Source: Ruditapes philippinarum
Taxonomy: Eukaryota
Direction of reading: 5' to 3'
NCBI RefSeq assembly: GCF_026571515.1
Contig: NW_026858706.1
Span: 1-64,000 of the forward strand
Length of the DNA stretch: 64,000 nucleotides
Shown: in pieces, positions 52,404-64,000 of the stretch
How positions within the stretch are numbered: the stretch's first letter is position 1
How the letters are laid out: every line of letters starts with the position of its first letter
Translations under genes and position numbers: made by a program
Notes under the pieces: generated by a model
The model's input: the letters and a program-made list of their open reading frames with translations, nothing else
What the model was told of the DNA's origin: nothing
Database searches by the model: none

Positions 52404-52447
<44 letters not shown>

Positions 52448-54830
52448 CGCCCGGTGGTTTTTTGTGGGTGGGTTTTTTCTCTTTTCCGGTTTTTGTTTTT
52501 TTTTTCCTTTGGGGGGGGCCGGGGTTCCCTTCCTAATTTGGGGCTTTCCCAAAATTTTTCTTCTACCTTCCCTTCCCCTTGGTACCTCTTTTTCCCTTTT
52601 TTCACATCTCCTTTTTAAACCCCTTCACAAAAAACTTCCCTATTTTCCGGGGCTTTTAACCGCCCCCTTTGGCTTTTTTTTCCTTTTCCCCCCTCTTTTC
52701 CCTTTTTCCCTTTAGTTCTTTTCCCCTTTTTTTTCATTCCCTTTCTCCTTTTGTCCAAAAAAACCCGTAAAAAAACTCTTTTTGGGGGTTTTTCCCAAAA
52801 TTTCCCCTCACCTTTTGGGGTTTTTCTTTCTTTTTCCCCCGGGTTTTTAACCCTTTTCAACCCCCCAAATTTTCCCCAAAAAAACCTTTGTTTCCTTTTT
52901 CTTTTGGGCCCCCCCGGGCGGGGGGAAGGTTTTTGGGAGTGGGTCCCCTTTTTCCTCTTTTCTTCTCCTTAAAAAAAATCTTTCCCGTTCTCTCCTTTTC
53001 ACAAAACCCTTTTTTTCTCCCGCCACTCCTCTTTTTCCGTTCCCCCTTTCCCTCCCTTTTTAAACCCCCCCCTTTTATTCATTGTTTCCGGAAAAAATTT
53101 TTCCCAACCCTTTTCCCTAAATTTTTTTTCCCCCCGTTATTCCCCCCTTTCCTTCCTTTTCTTTTCCCCAAAAAAAAATTTCAATTTGGGGCCCTGGGGC
53201 CCGGGGTTTTTTTTCCCAACCCCTTCGGAAAATTTCCTTTTCCTTGTTCCCTTCTTCCCCCTTTTGTGCCCCCTGTTTGGGGTGGTAAAAAAACCCCAAA
53301 AATTTTTGAAAAACAACTAAGATTAAATTGGGCCCGTATTTTCTTAACCAAAAAATGGCAAAAGTTTTTTAAAATTTTTCTTTTAAAATTTATTTTTTAA
53401 ACCCAATCCCGGGAAAATTTTGATTTTTTAATTGCCCCTTTAAAAAATATCCGGGGGGGGGCCAAAAATTAAAAAAGGGAATTTCCCCCAAAAAAAACAA
53501 TGATACCTTAAGCAGGTTTAAAAAATTTTCTTGGAAAAAAATTATTAAAAATTTTATTTTAAAAAAAACCCCCAAATTTCCCAAAACCCAAAAAAATTTT
53601 CTATAAAGCAAAACCCCCAAACCCTCCTTGGATTCCCCTAATGGGAATTTTGAAAATTTAAAATACGGGAAAAAGAAAAAGGGCAAACAACCCCAAAAAA
53701 TCAAATTAAAGGGGAAAAACCCCGGAAAACAAAATTACCCCCAAAATTTTTAAAAAAAACAAAAAACCCAATTCCCTAATTAAAATGGAAAAAAACCCGA
53801 TTATACAAAACAATTTAGAAAAATAAAAAGGGAAAAAATAAAAAAACCCCCCGGGGGGTTAATGCAAGGGAAAAATTTTTCAAACCCTTTTTTTGAAAAA
53901 CCCAAGGTTTAAAATAAAAATTTTTTAAAATTTTGAAAAGATAAAAAGGCAACCCCTATAAAATTTTACCAATGGGGAAAAGGGAAATTTTTAATTAACA
54001 AATTTTCCAATTCCAATTTTCCCAAAATTGAAAAGTAAAAAAATAATTTTTTACCAAAATTTAAAAAGGAAATAAAATATTAATTTAAAACTTTTAAAGC
54101 CCCAATAAAATTTAAATTTTATTTTTGGGTTTTCTTTTCTTTTTTCAAAACCCCTTTCCCAAATTAAACATTTTAAAAAAACCCGATTTTTTTTTTAAAA
54201 TTTTTTTTAAAAAATACTTAAAAAAATTTTTTAGAAAAAATTTTTTAAAATCTCTTTTTATTTTTCAGTTTAACAAATTTTAAATCCCCCCCCAAATTAA
54301 AGGCTTTAATTTGTGAGTTTTACAAAAAGTGCCCTAATTGTTTTTTAATTGGGAAAAACCTTTTATTAACTTCTTTTGCACGAAAAGCAATTTTAGGGAA
54401 AAAATTATCCCCTAAAAAACCCTATATTCAATTTCTTTGTTGTAATAAAAACAAAAAATTTTATTTTAAAATCCTGGGTTTTTTTTTCCCCCAAAAGAAA
54501 AAACAACAATAAAAATTTTTTCTTATATAAAAAACATTTTTGGCAAAGCCCTTAAAATGGAAAAAATTAATTTTTCCCAAAATTTTTAAAACCTTGCGTG
54601 CTGGCAAAAAAAGGGTATTTCCCGGCTTTAGGCCGGAATAAATGGGGGCCCCCTTTTAAAATTTTTAGGTGAAAATTAAAGTTTATAGGAAAACAAAAAG
54701 GTGTTTTTTTTCCCAAAAAGGTTCCTCTTTTTTTAACCCGGGGTTTTTATTTCAAAAAAAAAAGGGAAAATTCCCCAAAGGGGGCCCCCTTTAGGGCCCC
54801 CTTTTTTTTAATCCTATTTAAAAAGGAGCA
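49050..54830. other. Low-quality, homopolymer-inflated sequence (probable unpolished single-read segment)
   Basis: Abrupt switch to runs of all four bases. The last minisatellite unit already shows inflated runs (ccggggttggcaattcaaggggtaag). The F/P/K/G-rich ORFs here reflect homopolymer codons. Confidence 0.85.
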
Positions 54831-55029
54831 AGTTTATAGTGAAAATGTTATGTATATTTCACTCAAAAATGCATATAATTGTTACCATTTTTACATACTG
54901 TTTGAGATAGTGATTACGGAAAGAGTTTCTAAAAAAGCTTTCAAGCTTACTACTCAATCCGTACTATTTATTATTTGTCAATTATCATGTAAATGTAATA
55001 CTTATAAATAAAATATTGTTTAAACTAAA

Positions 55030-55272
55030 AATAAATATTTAATGTGTCGCGGCATCCACGAGAGAAATATGATAATGTTCATACCACAACTAGAAAGACC
55101 TCTCGTACTGGCAATATTTAAAGGAAAGTAGTCCGACTAGACACCAGTGAAAATGCGGAAAATATGCTTCATTGCAGTGAAAAATAAATTTTTATAGTGA
55201 AAATGCGAAAAATGAAAATACGCATTTTATTTCATCAATATTTCTCAGTATTTCATTTATAAGTATATAAGA
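55030..55272. mobile_element. Inverted copy of the non-autonomous element at 20184-20577
   Basis: gtccgactagacaccagtgaaaatgcg...catttataagtatataagaaa is the reverse complement of 20184-20340. Confidence 0.75.
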
Positions 55273-55900
55273 AAATACACCCGATTCACTATTTCAAAGA
55301 AGAAAAAGAATGAAAGCTAACTATAATTGATCCCACTGTTACGCCTTTATTTTTATCAGTCCGTCATGTAAACTTTACTACTGTAAGTAACATTGTCTTT
55401 TGTTAGCGCTAGTAGCACTAACAGAAACATACTGTAGTATGAAAAGGCATCTTTTGTTAGTGCTAGTAGCAGCCTAATATAAGTCTAATAAAAATGTGCT
55501 AGTAGCAGCTAACAAAACAGGATCGGGTGGAAAATATTATATTCGCATAATATAATTTTATTCAACTCGTTCAATAAATTCAGTATTAAATTAATAAACT
55601 TACACTCATTCAATAGCCCCTATGTATATAATGAGCTTAACGTCAAAACGACGTAACGTTTCATAATTAGACTCTATGATAGTTATAACTACATTCACTG
55701 TCGAAAGCGTGTGAGAAGTGATCATTATATAATTCTGATTTATTTATAGAACGCGTTATCCTATCTTCATGTATATTCTACACCCTGTTTTGGCAATCAA
55801 CGTGCTAAACAATGCCCTTTTCTTTCTTTTAAAACATTTGCTATCTTTGGTAACGGCTCTTATTTATCTTTGGGTTGAAAAAAGATATACGCTTAGTCAT

Positions 55901-55910
55901 GGGAAATCCC
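55901..55910. promoter_or_regulatory. NF-kB-type site GGGAAATCCC
   Basis: Exact match to the GGGRNWYYCC consensus, ~280 bp upstream of the putative first-exon donor of the protease gene. Confidence 0.45.
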
Positions 55911-56124
55911 CTTAAACTTCCGTGTGTTTCTGTAGCTGTCAATTTTGTTTTACTTTAAACCTTAAATTTAATTGGCATAAACTTTATAGACTGAGATGAA
56001 TTCGGTGTAACCTTAAACTTTTAAAATAAATTAAGGTATTCACTAGAATACAATTTAACTATGGAGAAAAATCATTTTAGACTAGAGATTTGAATTTCGC
56101 TTTATTAAACGTTTGTTTATTGAC

Positions 56125-56151
56125 CTACTTTCGTTTTAAAAGCGAAAGTAG
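56125..56151. promoter_or_regulatory. Palindromic pair of IRF-E/ISRE-like sites
   Basis: CTACTTTCGTTTTAAAAGCGAAAGTAG reads AAAACGAAAGT on - and AAAGCGAAAGT on +. It is followed by a consensus donor AAG|GTGAGT at 56184/56185. Confidence 0.5.
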
Positions 56152-56601
56152 AAAAAGAAAATTCAACTAGCAGTGCTTCTAAAGGTGAGTTAAAGCAAAG
56201 TTGTATGAAGCATATTAACTTATACACATGTATGTTAGCATTTTGAACTTGTCACTGACTTTCTACTATCAACTTTCTATTTTTACGATGAGATATAGTA
56301 TGATAACAGTAAGTAACAAGTGTTCTGAAATTTTATGTCTCGTCTTCTCTAGAGATTCTTGGCGACACTTATTTTTTCTGAAATCTTAAATTCATCTTTT
56401 GGTCAACTATTATGTTATTTTATATATATATATCATAGCTCGATTATAAAACAAATAATAGTAACTTATGTTTGTCATTTTAGTCATCTTCTTAATATAG
56501 CTAGTCGACTCTTTTTGTGTCATGGGAAGAAATTTATCTGTTCATGGCTCGAGTAGGACTCGAACCCAAGATCCTTTGGTACTAAAACTCCCCAACAGAA
56601 A

Positions 56602-56745
56602 NNNNNNNNNNNNNNNNNNNNNNNNNNNNNNNNNNNNNNNNNNNNNNNNNNNNNNNNNNNNNNNNNNNNNNNNNNNNNNNNNNNNNNNNNNNNNNNNNNN
56701 NNNNNNNNNNNNNNNNNNNNNNNNNNNNNNNNNNNNNNNNNNNNN
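56602..56745. other. Assembly gap (N run)
   Basis: Seen directly. Confidence 1.
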
Positions 56746-57377
56746 TACATATACCACAGGATCTTGACATTTCTATCAATAATTGAAAAATACAATGTAT
56801 AATTGTAGACTCGATAATCACCCGATACACAATAAAAGTCATACTTTTTACAACCGCTGATAAATGCTATTTAAATCAAAGCATTACTTAATAATAAATT
56901 GTAAATGTATATTTTTCAGTTAATGATAGAATTTCAAGCTCCTGTGCATATACATATTAATAAACGCACAGACGTTTGAATTGTATAAACAACACCCTTT
57001 CCGCCGAGAATATTAAAAACTGAAACCAATATTTTATACAAGCACTTGTTTTATTTGTTTGCTTATATTAATATGGCACGGTCCAATCGCATTTCTACTC
57101 GACCCTTTCCGTCAAACTTCGGATACGGACCTCGAACAGAATAGCATGAATTCACGGAACGGATACGGCATTTCGGTTTTACCTACGCTACTAAACTAAA
57201 CATGTCAAAAAGCAAATAGTAATTTAATGCTAGTAGTTGTTGACTAAGTTTATTCCAAATGTTTAATGTTTTCGAACTGTGTATATATATGTTGGTCGTT
57301 TATATTAACTTTTTTCTAAAATTGTATTCATTTCGTATTTTTAACGCCTCAGTGACAGTTTATAATACAAAGAAGCT

Positions 57378-60300
57378 ATGGGAACTTCGTGTAGCAAACT
57401 TTGCAAGAAGACGAAAAAGAAAACGCAGTATAAGAAAGACGAACACAATGAAAAGAACGGAAGGGATCATAATAAACGAACCGAGGAAAAACATCGGCCT
57501 GAACGAGGAAAAGGAAGCAAGGAATGTGTGCAACCTACCCAAACAGAAAATACTGAGACTGTTAGAAACTTTGCCATCAATAATGGAATAAAGCTCGAAC
57601 TTGATAAAGGGGATGAAGAAAACATGAAGCAAAACAACTATATCCCGCCAAATATCGGCAACAACAAGGAAAGGGTAGGTAAAATACAACAGTTTAATAT
57701 TATATACATAGGTGCTTATTCAACCATTTTTTAAATTCGCAAGAAAATAAAAAAAACGCTTCAGTTTTAAGCCGAAAAAGATTTTATAAAAGCAGTCAAA
57801 ATACATTAAAAATTACCAGATGATTACTTTTAAGATAAAAAGTGCTTCTCCATACTCTTACCACAGGTATTCTTGCACATCAGACTGTCGTTTCCGTTAG
57901 TTTTACCCATGCCGGAAATTTCATCTGGCATGGGGGTTCCAGATGAGTCGCGTGCTGTACAATCGCACGATAAAGATGACGTCATTTTACCGTTTTGAAT
58001 AATTTTGTAATTCATACGCTGCTGTAAGAAAGTAGTTACGGTTGTAATGATATAAATTTTCATTGAAAATAAAGATAAAGAATTTGAAATATAATGAAAT
58101 ATGGTAGAATATGCAAGAAAAAATATCTGACATATGTTTGCGGTTCGGATCGGGATATCCGTCCCTCGGTCACCCGCCCATGGGCGGGTCACCTCGGGAC
58201 GGATATTCCGATCCGAACCGCAAAATTTGACAGATATTATTAGTAAAAATGAGATAACTCTCGGTTTTTATTGATCATGCTTCATATTTAAATGTACATT
58301 CACATCATAGGCAAATGAGACCGGGGAAAAGGCGAAAGAGAAAAGAAATGAACGAAAGGGAGAAGGTAAGAGGAGAAATGTGAAGAAAAAGAGCAGAAGG
58401 AAGAAGAAGAAGAAACATAAATACTGGTCAGACAGTAGTGACAGCAGTTCGTCAAGTTCGTCCAGCTCATCAAGCTCCTCGGATGATGGTTATTAATTAA
58501 TTAATTTATTTTTATGACTATTATTATTACATTAGATTATTATACGTCACATGTTTTCTATCTGTTTATTAAACTTCGCCCCGCGCCTCCGCCAGTTTAA
58601 CTTTCGACTTTTCGCTTGGAGGGGTCGCGGGGCGAAAACACGAATGACACAAATCAGCCACCATACTTATGTGACTTCAGATTGTAGCAATCCGTAATCT
58701 CACTTGGTTACAATATACGTATTGGCCCTCTGACACTCTGGCTTTGATTATTCTGCTCTGTATTGATTATCTCCCTTAGTGATTATTCTGCTCTGTATTG
58801 CTTACCTCCCTTAGACACTTAAAAAAAAAATTTTTTTCGGAATAATAAAATGAAATATCACATCTAATTGAGCGTAATTAAACAGAATACTCATCCTTTA
58901 ACAGGCTAATGAAAACATAACATTGTTTTGAATGAATCTCGCTTTATCACCGCTGGATGTGATATTTATATAATGTCTTGAGATTCGGTGTACAAAGGAT
59001 CTCTTTTAATGCAGAAAGGGCATCAGTAATTTAAGTTAGAGAATCTAAAGACGCGAGATCTTACTCATGGACCCCAGTTTTATAAGCAAATGGTCTTTCA
59101 ACAAAATCCCTCTCCATCTTTGAAAATTCATGGTTATATAAGATTATGTTCAATCATGTTTTGAAACAATAAACCTTGTTTGAAAAGATTTTTTGTTGGA
59201 CTCCTAGCCTAGCAATAAATTGTCTCTTTTAATGGACCGTTATACAAACAGGTACTCTTCTAATATAACTGATCACAACACAACTAAACAGATTTCCTTA
59301 AAGGGATTTCTTTATTTCATTTGTATATAATAAATTATATATGTGACGTAAAAGCCAAACAAACAAACAAACATATAATATATAATGCAATTTTTAAATT
59401 TATATAAGTCAGGGTCATCATAGAATTATGTATGAATATCAAAGTAAATGTATTTTATTCTATCTGTACAGATACAGGAAGAACTTCTAAGAGCAGACAA
59501 AAGAAGATTGACAAAGATGGAAATGTAACCTATATTAAAAACAAAACAACCATTGGAAGTAGCAAAATATCGTTTAAAGCCGCCAAGAACATAAATATTT
59601 ACAACAATGGGGTTATAACTCAACCTAAGACAGCAGCCACTAGTATGTCATATTTTTTGTTTTACCTTTTATGTTGTAAACAGGCCTTACCGATGTCGTG
59701 ACGTTGTGCAACTTATATTATTGACAATAACTGCCCGAATGTCCAAACCAAATTATTTAAAACAATGCGTTCAAAGCTGAAACGATAATGACTATTACGC
59801 TTCAAATCATTCATCAATACTTCTCACCACCGAAACATTATAAGCTTGAGGTTTGTATAAGATGACCGTAAACCTTTCACTGCGTGAGAAGGGATGGATG
59901 ATGTTAGAACGCTGGTTTATATGCGTAAAATCGCCTTATAAAGTCGTCGTTTTCTTTTATTTCCTCTATTTTACCTGTCAAGTTAGTTCTTAGAGGGATG
60001 TCCGGAAGGTTCATATACTTCTTCTTCTTTTTATTGTATAACAATACATACGTTGTACAAATTTTGTCAGCAAAAATATACATATCTAACGAACACATTT
60101 ATCAAAAATTACTGAATTGTGACTTACGTTTGTATTTTTACAGCATTTACATACAACATATATACATCGTCATGGACAACGTCAACGGCATCAATTTAAT
60201 GTCATGTTTTTCCACTATTCAATTTCTTCCGATTTAAACAGTCATGGAACCTGTCTGGCGTATACTTTATACATGTTATGTTCCCTTGCTATTACTTTAT

Positions 60301-63300
60301 TAATTTCATATACTACATTAAAAAAAACAACAACAAAAAAGGTGTTACTGGTTCCCATACAGTGTGTGATATGTCTGTCTTTTTCAAGGATTGTTGTAAC
60401 GCAATTATTATCTACGACATTTCGGCCATGCTACTTTTGGTAATCTGATACGTTTCTTATACAAAATACTGTCAGCACCGCTTCTTAATCGTGTTTGACA
60501 ATTAAACACAAGTTGTCCTTAACAATTTATGGTCGATTTTGTTTTTCAAGTAAAGATAATAATCATTATAAGCGTTGCTTTGAAGTAAAATAACATTACG
60601 TTGCTCCGTCCATGAATTTGACGTCATTTTTTTCGACACAAAACTAACGCAACTTCATTGCCCATAATCGTCGTAAACAAGTTATTTCTTTGCGTATGAC
60701 GTCGTAATTTTCACTAAATATCAAGCAGTAGTCACAACATTAAAACAAGAGTTTGCGTTAAAATTACAACTTTTAGCAGTAGCTATTGTCATGAATTCAA
60801 AGTGCTCCGTGATTCGTTGATCATGTTGCCATGGTGATTGGCGATTTGCGAATACAACTTTTATTATGTTTTTTAATTTAGAAATTTGTAGCAGAATGAA
60901 TACTTAAGCAAAATATTTAATCATATATATATATGACTGCTTATAATAATTTTATTGCCTTGTCTACGAACTTTCCGGACAGCCCTCGTATAACAGTAAT
61001 TTGAACTGGGTGGCCTATTGTACACGACGACCGGCAGTAATCACAAACAGACAGTCATGACATTTGTAAACGAGTTAGGATAATCTATTGCAATGATGGT
61101 GCCGGACTTTGATAACTTGACTGGTCTCATTTCGGAATCTCAGTTAGTCAAACTTTGATGTGAGGGAGGTTAACATATATAGCTAAAGAAGGAATTTCGA
61201 CGGAACTTTTAGACTTTCGCCGAATTATTAGAAAAGCGAGCCTGAGTTACTGAGAGTCAACTGTATAACTGTATATGCATGCATATATGCAAAACTTTAA
61301 TTATTTTTTAATTCAGTTGCAATTTATACATTTTCGGTGTGTTTATTCTTTTTTATCATTCCTGAATGGAAATATTTCAGAAAAGCCAGCCAGCCTATTC
61401 ACTACAGAATACACGAGCGCAACAGCTTATAAAAAAGAGGAAGAATTCAGGAATATATTAGGACAGACCGGAGGCGCTGGACAATTCATAGATCTACGGG
61501 GACACGAGAATGTCGTACCAGTTATTGAGACAAGGTCACTTTGCGAGAGTTCTAAATGGGTAGGACAGATACAATTTCCAAAGGGCCACTGTACATGCTT
61601 TAGAGTAGGCAGCAAATATATAATGACCACATTACATGCTGTTAGAGAAATCCTCAATACTTACAATGGTCAGTCAATTTTTTTATTAACTTTTTGTTTT
61701 GTTTATTCTTGCCCATGAGAGATTGTATAAATTCAAGTAAAAGGCATAGTTATTGTACGGTCGTATCAGGCTCTCAAAGGAGCATTTCTTCAGAAACTTC
61801 CAAAAAACAATAAGTTTCTTATATTGTTTAAAATATATTGTATGTTTAATTAAATTTTGCCTTGAAAGTTAAAATTCTTATAAGCGTTATTCTTCTGTAA
61901 TTGTTCATTGTTTCATAACTTATAACAAATATATCTGCCAATGTATAACAAATATATCTGCCAATGTTAATATTCGTTAACTGTTATTCTTTTCTTAACA
62001 TTTTCAGATTTCATCTCCGTGAAAAGAAAACCTTCAAGTGGTAAGAGATCAATAGTTATATCATTATTATATGATTAGAATAGTCAATGTGTGCATCATT
62101 TTATCATGCCTGAGCACGCAGTGCTCAGAGGTGAGCTTTTGTGATGGCGGGATATTTTTGGTCTTTCTTCGTTACCTGAATAGTAACATCCCTTAAACCA
62201 CTTGATGGATTTTAAACAAGCCTCATTTAGTCCTGGTCCCTTACAATAGTTATTCAAATACTTTCAGTCTGGTGCATAAATAGGCCTAAGGAGCTTCAAA
62301 ATTGAAATCTTTAAGATATATGGCATGTATCACCTAGTGGTTCTCTATAATAGTTTAAGTCAAAAGTTGCCTCACCCTGGGGGTCATTACATTTACAAAG
62401 ATCTTTATAGGTAAATGTATTTAAGTCTTCTTTTATTAAACTGAAATCCCCAGAGCTTAGACTGGCATGTAGCAGTGGACCTCTACAAAATATATAAAGA
62501 TCATGCCTCTGAGGCAAAAAAATTGATCCAGATTTGAATAGTAATAGTAGCTCCTGCCTAGAGCTTAATTGTAAGGCATGTAAAGATTCACCTTGTGATT
62601 CTTTACCAAAGATATATAAAACATATTCCTGGGGTCATATTTGACTCCTCCCCGGGGACCACTTTGGCATGTAGCATTACCTTGAGGTTCTATGCAAAAG
62701 TTCTTTAACTAATGCCCCTCTGGTCAAAATCGGTTCTTGTCCTAGGGATCTTATATAGACTTGTATATATAGACCTGTGTATGAAATACAGTTTAGTCTT
62801 CCTTTTGTAAAACTACAATGCCAAGAGCTTAATTTGTAAGGAAGCATTTTATAGAAGACATCTTAAACTTATTCGGTAAAAAATGACAAACTCGATGTGA
62901 ACTCATAACTGACTGTGACTGTTCCGTTTTCTAGCAATGTACCTGGGGTGAGCAATCCAGGGCAATCATGGCCCTCTTTTTAATTTTATTTTAAACCTCC
63001 TTGTTTGGTGTTGATATTAGCTTTGAAATTTCTTTTTTACAAATTACACGTGTACATGAATACAAGGTAAATACAGGCATGCATGTATGCATATAATATA
63101 TAAACATATACACGCACACACACGCATGCATACATACAGACATACGGAAATACTCTGTCAATGTCATTTTATACATACAGACTCAATTTCGATCATGTAA
63201 TGGAGGCTGATTGAAGTCTGGTTTTAAAGGAACATAAATGCCGTTTTACAGCAGGGTAAATGAAGCACGTGTTTCACTTAATCATACCAATTAAGTTACA

Positions 63301-64000
63301 TAACATTGACATACCAAATATATGTACGATTTACAAGTATTACAAGTATTGTTCTGAACTTGACATTAACATTGACCTGTATTTTCTTGAACCCTTTCAT
63401 TTTGTGATGTTAGCAGTTCATTACATTTTGTTATGTTTAGTGTTGCCGATTTTCAATTACAAATCATTTCGTTTACAGGTCTTGACTGCGATCTGTCTGT
63501 TTTGAGTAACTCTGATGTGAAGATAGATTTTAATTTCGAAGTTGAAAATCAAACGAGTCATGACATCCATAAATTTACCTTTAAAAGGATAAAAACAGAG
63601 GAAGAAATTCTGTTTCTAGATGAAGCAACGGATGTGATAGTATTGGAACTTGACATAAAACCGGGACAAGTCGTCCCTCCTAATTTTACCAATTTCGGAA
63701 TCCCGAAATTAGACAGATCATTTACTCTTATTACGCACTCAAAGGGCGACCCGAAGGCGTTTGATAAAGTTAATAAAATGGTTGATATAAATGATCCAAA
63801 AACCCTTAAAGATATAGAATATCTCCGTCAACACAGCAGTGAGTTTGTCACGGGAAACGATCAAGATCCTTTAATACATGGATGTGAAACGCCTCCGTTC
63901 AATACTCTCGATAATAAAGATAGATTACTGTTTCATTGTGCATCAGGGAAGGGAGCTTCAGGTAGTCCAGGTGTTCAGGTAACCTCTGACGGAAAGGTTG
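57378..64000 (+). CDS. FAM111-like trypsin-2 serine protease, runs off the window. Exons 57378-57674, 58311-58488, 59472-59642, 61381-61668, 62008-62040, 63479-64000+
   Basis: GT-AG introns with consistent phases (0,1,1,1,1), about 496 codons open. Protease motifs: VGQIQFPKGHCTCFRVGSKYIMTTLHAV (His), KIDFNFE, DEATDVIVLEL (Asp), FTLITHSKG, LLFHCASGKGASGSPG (Ser). Linkage of the three 5' exons to the protease exons is inferred from phase only. Confidence 0.85.
57830..58240. mobile_element. Non-autonomous element ending in a ~117-bp hairpin (58122-58238), in protease intron 1
   Basis: AATATCTGACATATGTTTGCGGTTCGGATCGG...CCCATGGG...CCGATCCGAACCGCAAAATTTGACAGATATT is a near-perfect palindrome. The left boundary is uncertain. 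Confidence 0.7.
58565..58665. mobile_element. Truncated copy of the 37199 MITE
   Basis: tttattaaacttcgccccgcg...cacgaatgacacaaatcagccaccata. Confidence 0.75.
62099..62980 (+). mobile_element. Helentron/HINE-type non-autonomous element in protease intron 5
   Basis: 5' hairpin CTGAGCAC..GTGCTCAG plus GGTGAGC, internal ~150-bp repeats, and a 3' GGTGAGC followed by the stem-loop AGGGCAATCATGGCCCT and a T-run. Confidence 0.75.

Noticed and set aside
51755-53704. Many F/P/K/G-rich ORFs
   Set aside because: Homopolymer codons in low-quality sequence.

Overview
Eukaryotic, AT-rich, repeat-dense animal DNA. The repeat families and gene types suggest a bivalve mollusc (inference). Three protein genes, all on the + strand, can be supported. 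(1) A single-coding-exon 863-aa Mab-21/cGAS-like receptor (cGLR) with C-terminal TPR-like helices (29693-32284); a decayed tandem paralogue lies upstream (about 23590-25830). (2) A lysosomal thioesterase PPT2-like gene; seven exons were reconstructed by hand (40836-46903), and the 3' end is probably lost in a garbled, homopolymer-inflated stretch at about 49.05-54.83 kb. (3) A FAM111-like trypsin-2 serine protease (57378 to beyond the window end) with an intact H/D/S triad, a predicted myristoyl/palmitoyl N-terminus, a possible RHIM-like segment, and kB and IRF-type motifs upstream. The most striking non-coding structures are: a 901-bp tandem TRIM whose four LTRs each carry a tRNA-derived Pol III cassette (PBS for tRNA-Lys, PPT, TATA TSD); a 2.2-kb minisatellite made from the PPT2 catalytic-Asp exon end plus its splice donor; an intron-containing Crypton-type tyrosine recombinase element with 23-bp inverted termini and non-autonomous relatives; inverted 40-bp minisatellite arrays bracketing the cGLR pseudogene; and a 34-bp palindromic insertion with an 8-bp TSD. 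The rest is decayed Gypsy, LINE and SINE sequence, Helentron-type non-autonomous elements, MITEs, minisatellites and two N gaps. Most short ORFs in the supplied track are spurious. All alignments and splice models were done by eye; no searches were run.
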